Assembly: GCA_031835245.2 (NCBI GenBank)
Contig: JAVKOQ020000015.1
Location: 310,001 to 374,000 of the forward strand
From: Balamuthia mandrillaris
Lineage: Eukaryota
DNA: 64,000 bases
Reading direction: 5' to 3'
Program-made: the position numbers and the translations under genes
The notes under the pieces: generated by a model
What the model saw: only the letters and a program-made list of their open reading frames with translations
Databases searched by the model: none
Told to the model about the DNA's origin: nothing
Part shown: positions 57,643 through 64,000 of the stretch, piece after piece
Layout: each line of letters begins with the position of its first letter
Position numbering within the stretch: position 1 is the first letter of the stretch

Positions 57643-57879
57643 CCCTTTTTTTGACGCCTTCTTTCAGCACCACTTTATCGCCATGCTTCACCTTTTTTTT
57701 GGCAACCATCATACTACCCTCCGCAGATACAAAACGTAAGATTAGTCTTTTGGGCCAATAATGAGCATATTCCTGCCAAAAACAAGAAGCAGAAAAAAGT
57801 GTCAAGGCTCCAAAGTTTCGTTTCTTCTCCTCTTCCTCTTCCTCTTCCTCTTCCTCTTCCTCTTCCTCTTCCTCTTCTT

Positions 57880-59229
57880 CTAGTTTTGCTTTAGCAACTG
57901 TGGTGGCACTTGTGCAGAAAAAGGAATGCCAAGCAATCCTTTCTGGCTGTATGTGGGTGTGAGTGGGCACGCAAAATAAACAATAAGGTGAACAGAACAG
58001 AAGGACGAACCAACACTTTGTAGATGCCATGTAACAAGCCAAAGCAAGAAGCTGGGGTGCTGGAAAGGAGTGTGCAAGGCCATATGCTACTCCGCCCACA
58101 AATACATCTCCTGCATAGCAATCATGATCAGCAAAAAAAAAAGGCAGGCCAATAGTGATAGTGAGAAAAGGTACCTGCGCCGGTTGTATCAACAAGCTCA
58201 TCAGGCAATAATGGATATGCAGGACAGTGCAACAGGGTCATGCCCTTCTTGGCACCAAATCTGGATATGGTCCGTTCCAAACAGGTATGATAGGCTTCTC
58301 GCCTTTGCTGAGTGCTCTCGTTAGAGTGCTCTATCCGATAACGTCGCAGCCACTTCGCAAAATCAGCAAAGCTCTCGATGTACGGTTCAGGTTCTTGTGG
58401 GTGGTGTTTGCTGGGATCGAAACTGTCATTGTACATCAGCAAGGCGCCATCTTTGCCAAGGGTTAGCACCACCATTCGCGAACTGCCTTCATCGTTCCAA
58501 CCGGGTGCCATCTTGAACATGGACCACATGCACGCCAATGCATCTTTCTTTTTAAGTTTGGCCAGTATAGCAGTTTCATTGGTGACAACCACAGTTGCAA
58601 CACTTAGCATCTTGGCCGTCGCTCGGCCCTCGTCATCTAGAACTATTGGGATTCCAGCGGCATGTGCGCCCAATGTTACACTTTCGTTGACCTCTGGATG
58701 TCTTCCATCGCTCAAAAAGACGCTTGCTGTAGAACATCTAGTTAGTCTCTCCGTTTGACTGGAGAAAAGAAGAACGAGAGAGAAGAGAGTGAACGCGAGA
58801 GGGAGAGGGAGAGAAGGAGAACGTTTGCTTATCCGAAAGAAGGCCTCTTCCTGCAGCCAGCATGGGCCAACAGCGTGCTCAAAGCATAGATCAGAGGGAG
58901 AGAGAGTGACACCAGGTGTGTGAATGCAAGTGCGTGTGTTGGAGGAGGTGTCCACTATCACATAGGTGAAGGAAGTGGCGGAGCCTTCTTCTGAAGCCAC
59001 GACGACCGCTGCTGTCTCCACCTCGTTCTGGCGAAGGCACTCCAGGATCTCGTGCCCGACCTGGTCCTTTGCCACCTTGCACATGTAACTTGTTTTCACT
59101 CCCAACCGGCTCAGCGTGATGGCAGCTACTAGTCCGTTACCTCCCACTGACCGAAAGGTAGAGGTGGTGCGTATCTTTGTGTCCGGGCGAGGAAACTCCC
59201 TCACGTAGCCCAGCGTGTCTATTTCCCAC

Positions 59230-59264
<35 letters not shown>

Positions 59265-59398
59265 GTGACAAACGCACCAACGCAAGCAGTGCCTAAGGCA
59301 AAGGCTGTGACATGGCGCTCTGTCGTGGTGGCCGCATTTTGGGAACGCTCCTGTTGCTCCTTGTTACTGATAGCTTCAGGTTGTTGGTTGTCGATCAT
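57880..59398 (-). CDS. pfkB family carbohydrate kinase, multi-exon
   Basis: 'G.ACV|DTLGYVREFPRPDTKIR', 'GGNG...AITLSRLGV', 'SFTYVIVD...TRTCIHTPG', 'LTLGKDGA', 'VDTTGAG|DVFVGG'. Confidence 0.9.
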
Positions 59399-59836
59399 AC
59401 TCTTTTTTTGGGGCCTGAGTGGAGAACTATGCTATGTGGCTGGTCGAGCTCTGCTTTGTTATTGTCGTTGCTGATTGTTGGGTGCGGTGGCGGGGGCTGC
59501 CTTGTCACTTGAAAATGCCATTTTCATTCATTGGGAACTCACCGTGCGTTGGCGCTAACGTTGTGTTGCGCTGCTGGCACTTCTTTTCGAGACAAAAAAA
59601 AAAGAAGGAAAGGCCTCAACCAACAACAAACAACTAAAACAATTTTGTTGAAACAGGGATGGGACCCTCCCAGCTGCCCAATGAACTCACCACAACTTTT
59701 ACAACTACTTTATTGAGGATGAGAATACTTACAAAGGCATACATGTAAAGAGGAACACATTGCAAAGAAAAACACAACAGAGCAACAATAATCACAAGAG
59801 AAGAGAGTGAGAGAATAATGAGAGAATGAGCGATGC

Positions 59837-61741
59837 TCAGCGAATGTCTCCTATTGCTCCTTTCAGCTTCTGGAAAGAATAACTCGTCCTTACTGACCTG
59901 GTTCCTCGTTCTACTGCATAACATTATGTTAAGTGATTGTTCCTCTCGGAGTGCACAAAAAAAATAAATAAATAATAAATTTAAAAAAAAACAGAAAGAA
60001 AGAAAGAAACGACAAGAAAGAAAAGAAGGCTACTAACCAGAAGAAGGAAAAACGTTCCAAAAACGAAGGGTTTCATCCCCAGCGCCTGTCACAACGGTTT
60101 GACCGTCAGGGGAAAGAGCAAGATAGAGCACACGAGTAGCATGGCCAGTAAGCGAAGCCAGCTGGGTCATAGAAGGGTAGCTCCAGAGAGCGACCTGATT
60201 CTGGCTGTAGCCATGAGTGCTAACTAGTTCGTTAAGGGTGTTGGACCACACCAAGTTGCAGACTTGGGAGCCCGTGTCTATACTAGATAGAGCTGTATTG
60301 GAGGGCACATCCCAAAAGCGAATCCGCCTATCCGCAGTACCTCCACCAGAAGCAAGGAGACCACGAACGTGCGGAGACCACGCTATAGCCTTGACAGCAG
60401 CCGTGTGGTCTGAAAACCGCCTAAAGGGCTTGCTGGAAGAAGCTATATCCCATACAAGAAGCTTGTTATCGTTTCCGCCAGAGGCGAGGTGATGGCCATC
60501 AGGAGACCATCGTAGCCCACATACTTCTTGTCTGTGGCCCACTAACTTGTGAGAGAACTGCGACTGCCGTAGATCCCATGTATGGACCACGCGGTCCCTG
60601 CTAGCTGAGCCCAGGAAGCTATCATGCCAAGCAAGTATGCCCACTCTATCTTTATGCCCGTCCATCTGTTGAACGATGGTTGACTTGCTCACATCCCATA
60701 GCTGCACCAATCCTTTGTGTGTTCCCACCGCCAAATGTGTTCCCTGCAAGTACCAAGCAATGAGAGCGGGCAGACCAGAGACAAATATCAAAACACTTAC
60801 CCGTTGTGTCCAACAGACAGAGGTGACTGAGTCAGCAGGAGCAAGATTACACAGGCGGGTGACTTGGCTTGTAGAGGCATTCCATAGGTAAACACAGTCG
60901 CCTAAAGCAACAGCAAGGAGGTTTTGGGGTGACCAGTCCAGAAGGTTTAAATAAAAGTCGTCCTTGATGGCAGGAGCTTGCAAAACGCGAGTTGGTGTTG
61001 TGGCAATCTTCCTTGGAGTTTTTGGGGGACTGCGGAGAATGGTTTGGCTGCGTTGGCTTATCGGAGAGGAGGAATAAGGGGAAGTGCAGAGGTCATGGTC
61101 CTCTCCCTTGCTGTGCTTGTATTGGAGGACACGTGGAGGGCTGCCCCGTTTGCAACCAAGCAGCTCACTGCTTAGTACCATCTGGTACAGTGGCGAGGGT
61201 CTTGGCGCTGTGATTCCAACACACCACATAAGCAAAGAGAAAAGGGGAGAAAAAGGGAAGAGAAGTTGGAGAGCAGAGAGCAGAGAGCGGAGAGCGGAGA
61301 GCGGAGAGCAGAGCAGAGAGCAGAGAGCAGAGAGCAGAGAGCAGAGAGCAGAGAGCAGAGAGCAGAGAGCAGAGAGCAGAGGATTAGAAAAGGAGGGACC
61401 ACAGTACATGGAGAGTGGGGTGGGGAAGAGCTGTTGCCATGCTCTGGAGTGGCAACAGGGTTGGTTACACCCCCATTGGGGAACAAGGAAGGAACGGGTT
61501 GCTTCCGTGGGTTATTGGAGGTGGTGGGGCTGGTTGAAAAATGGTGGTTGTACAGGTTGGGAGAATAAGACGGGAGAAATCGGTCGTCATAACGGGGTGC
61601 GGGTTGTGAGGAGGGCGACGAAGGCGACACAGCGAACAAATTCCGTCGAACGCTTTTGTCTTCCCTGGGGTGGCGTTTTATGGGGTGCTTCTCCTCTTGC
61701 CAACAAGCATGAGGGAGCCTCCTGGTGAATTCAGAGTCCAT
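59837..61741 (-). CDS. FZR1: Fizzy-related APC/C activator (Cdh1/FZR1)
   Basis: C-box 'DRFLP', 'RKI...P.RVLQAPAIKDDFYLNLLDWS', WD40 'LASGGNDNKL', 'ELVSTHGYSQNQ', 'RVLYLALSPDG', spliced last exon ending in the IR tail (...GDIR*). Confidence 0.93.
61269..61381. repeat. Intronic heptamer minisatellite (GAGAGCA/GAGAGCG), about 16 copies
   Basis: Visible tandem array within an FZR1 intron. Confidence 0.9.
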
Positions 61742-62113
61742 TTTGGGGGGGGGGGGGCTTTCTTCTTCTTTCCTCTGCCAGGCCCCTAACCACCACCTGC
61801 GGCAGGACGGACTGCCTGACTGCGTACTCCCTAACGGACACCAATTTGTTGGGCGACAGCCCAAGCAATGAAAGTTTCGTGACGACACTGGGGTGAATTA
61901 GCGTCGACAAAAGCGGCCGCTGCTGCTGCTGACCACAACAGACAAACCAACACAGCACCCCCTCCCCACTCAGCTAAAAAGCTCGTGATCTCTCTTCCAA
62001 CCCCCCAGGCCTGGGAGCAGCTCAACACTACAGTATGGCAGCTTGACTCTCTAACCCATACCTTGGTTATTCCGAAATTTTATCTGTAGCGCCTCACGAG
62101 GACACCGAACGCC

Positions 62114-64000
62114 ATGGAGAAGCCTTCAACTGCCCGCTTAGAGGCAAGATTTCAATTTTTGCAGGCGGGTTTTTTTAAAAAAGAAAAACACTTCCAGCCC
62201 TTCTGCAACATCACTTCTTAAGCTCTGACTCTCGTTTCTTGCAGCCCGATGAACAAGATCCTAAGGCAACAGAAGCAACTGGTGGCCTCGAGGAGCACTT
62301 CAGTTGCACTCCTGGCCAACAAGCTTCCAATCTGCCCTTCCAAGAACTGGATCAGTTCGTTTTGCAAGCTCTCAAAAATCCACGCGACCGACTCATGATA
62401 CTCAAGCTTGACCAAGAAATAGAAAAGTTTATGAATTCTTCTCGGTGTGCCCTTCTCCACGTTGAGCTTCTCTCTTCTTAGAGTCTTATTCACTAACCTC
62501 CACTATTTTAGAACCAAGTTTGAATTTGGGCCAATGTCTTCCTACCAAAGGCTTATCGTACATAGGGTGGCCCAGTACTTTTCGTTGCGCCATACTTCTG
62601 TTGAGGTTGGGTCAGGACAAAGAACTATCGTACTTTACAAGACAGCACAGAGCGGAATGTATGTTGTTGCTTTTTTGTTTCCTGTTCGTTCCTCGTTTTG
62701 TATGGCTTTTGGAATTCACTCTCTTGCATAACAGACCAATTCTGCGGTTCAAAGACTTTCTGGAGCATTCCATTCCTCCACCTCAACCACAACCGGTGAA
62801 AATTATGTTACGACGCAGGGAAAAGCAGCAGGAAAGCTCCTCAGCAAAAAATGAAAGCGAAACAGAGAGCACGGCAAATGGAGAGAATAGCTTGCTAGCA
62901 ACCAGGCCCCTTTCCTTGGAAGAAAGGGAGGAAGCTTACGCCAAAGCACGGGCGAGAATATTTAACGAAACGCCAACCGATGACGCTGAAACGAGAACAA
63001 GGAAGACGCCTTCTCCACCACGTTCTGCAGATAGTGCGGGTCCTTCAGGCGAGTGTAGACACATGGAAAGTGTCACCAATGGACCGCACGAACAAGGAAC
63101 GGGTACTCAAGCAAGCAAAAAGAAAGATAACAGAGCAAGCTCTTTAAGTAGTCAAAAAGCAAAGAGTGGGTCTAGCTTTTCTTTTGGAGGCGGAAATGGG
63201 GGTCTCTTCATCCCGGATTACTCAAACTACTACCAAGATGCAACCAGCGTCTCACCCCTGTCTCTTACAGAAGTAACTCCTTACTCTACAAGCTTATTCC
63301 AACAGGCTCCGCTATACGATCAAGCCCACAGTGGCAGCCATCCTTTCCCTTTACTACCACAGGCTCTACACCCTCCCGTTTCTCACTGCTCTACTGTACC
63401 CACACACTGCCCAATTCCCCAAACCAGGGGTCGGAATTCTGCCATTCCAGTAGACTCCACATCAAGCCTTTCCTCAAGCATGCACCGTTCCTTGGCTCAC
63501 CAAACAGATGACTCTTCTCTTGATACACTCGACTCCAATGCCCCTGCTTATACCCTTCATTCCTTCTTTCACCAGCAACAGCAACAAGTTACCAACTATA
63601 CTTCTCGTGTTCAAGCTTCAACATCTGTCACCTTACCCTCTCTTATAACCTCAAGACAGCAACACCCCATAGCACCTGTTGGATTCTGTGCACTACCATC
63701 ATCGCTCTCATCGATTTTACCACCACCAAGCCTAACGATAGGGACACATCTCCCTACTCACGACCGGCACTCACCACAACTACCTTTTGTAGACACTACC
63801 ATGATGAGCGACTCGTTAATTCCTAAAGGCCCGTTCAGCGAAGGCGTTGACCACCGGAGTGCTGAGTTGCACTCTCATCTTGCACCTCTCACTTTGGATG
63901 CACAAGAACACCCTCTTCTCTCAACCAATTTCCCGCTGTTGTCCCATCCACTCCCGCCTCATTTTACAAACCAACAAAACCCGAGCCCTTCCTCCACTAC
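62114..64000 (+). CDS. R3H plus SUZ domain RNA-binding protein (R3HDM/encore-like), 3' truncated
   Basis: 'ALKNPRDRLMILKLDQEI', R3H 'PMSSYQRLIVHRVAQYFSLRH', SUZ 'KIMLRR...SLEEREEAYAKARARIF', then a Pro/Ser-rich tail. Confidence 0.88.

Noticed and set aside
61172..61728. 'LSALCSL' and 'AESREQR' protein repeats
   Set aside because: Translations of an intronic heptamer minisatellite in FZR1.

Overview
Gene-dense eukaryotic DNA with about 30 protein-coding genes in 64 kb, many short GT-AG introns full of (CT)n/(TTC)n microsatellites, and short intergenic spacers. The style and gene content suggest a free-living protist, probably an amoebozoan (inference). I saw no rRNA, tRNA, CRISPR array or autonomous transposon. 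Genes recognisable by motif: KDSR/TSC10, a dual-specificity phosphatase, SARAF, an F-box/SPRY protein, an S10 serine carboxypeptidase, two 2OG-Fe(II) oxygenase-like genes, an NPP-type phosphodiesterase, a RhoGAP, a GGCT-fold protein, SETD3, a cupin, a histidine phosphatase, Ap4A phosphorylase, queuosine salvage QNG1, RTEL1, a GRAM protein, a pfkB kinase, FZR1/Cdh1 and an R3H-SUZ protein. Most notable: (1) an intronless secreted protein made of about 45 YDGG-type repeats, directly flanked by two 2OG-Fe(II) oxygenase-like genes and a carboxypeptidase (possible peptide-precursor or wall-polymer system); (2) a 333-bp near-perfect palindrome whose two 164-bp arms each carry their own terminal inverted repeats; (3) a cofilin/ADF-H domain split by an inserted F-box; (4) two distant paralogs of an uncharacterised family sharing an intron position and two motifs; (5) SAP plus Cys/His-rich and UBA-like plus BAG domain combinations. 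Exon structures were assembled by eye, and CDS spans include introns.
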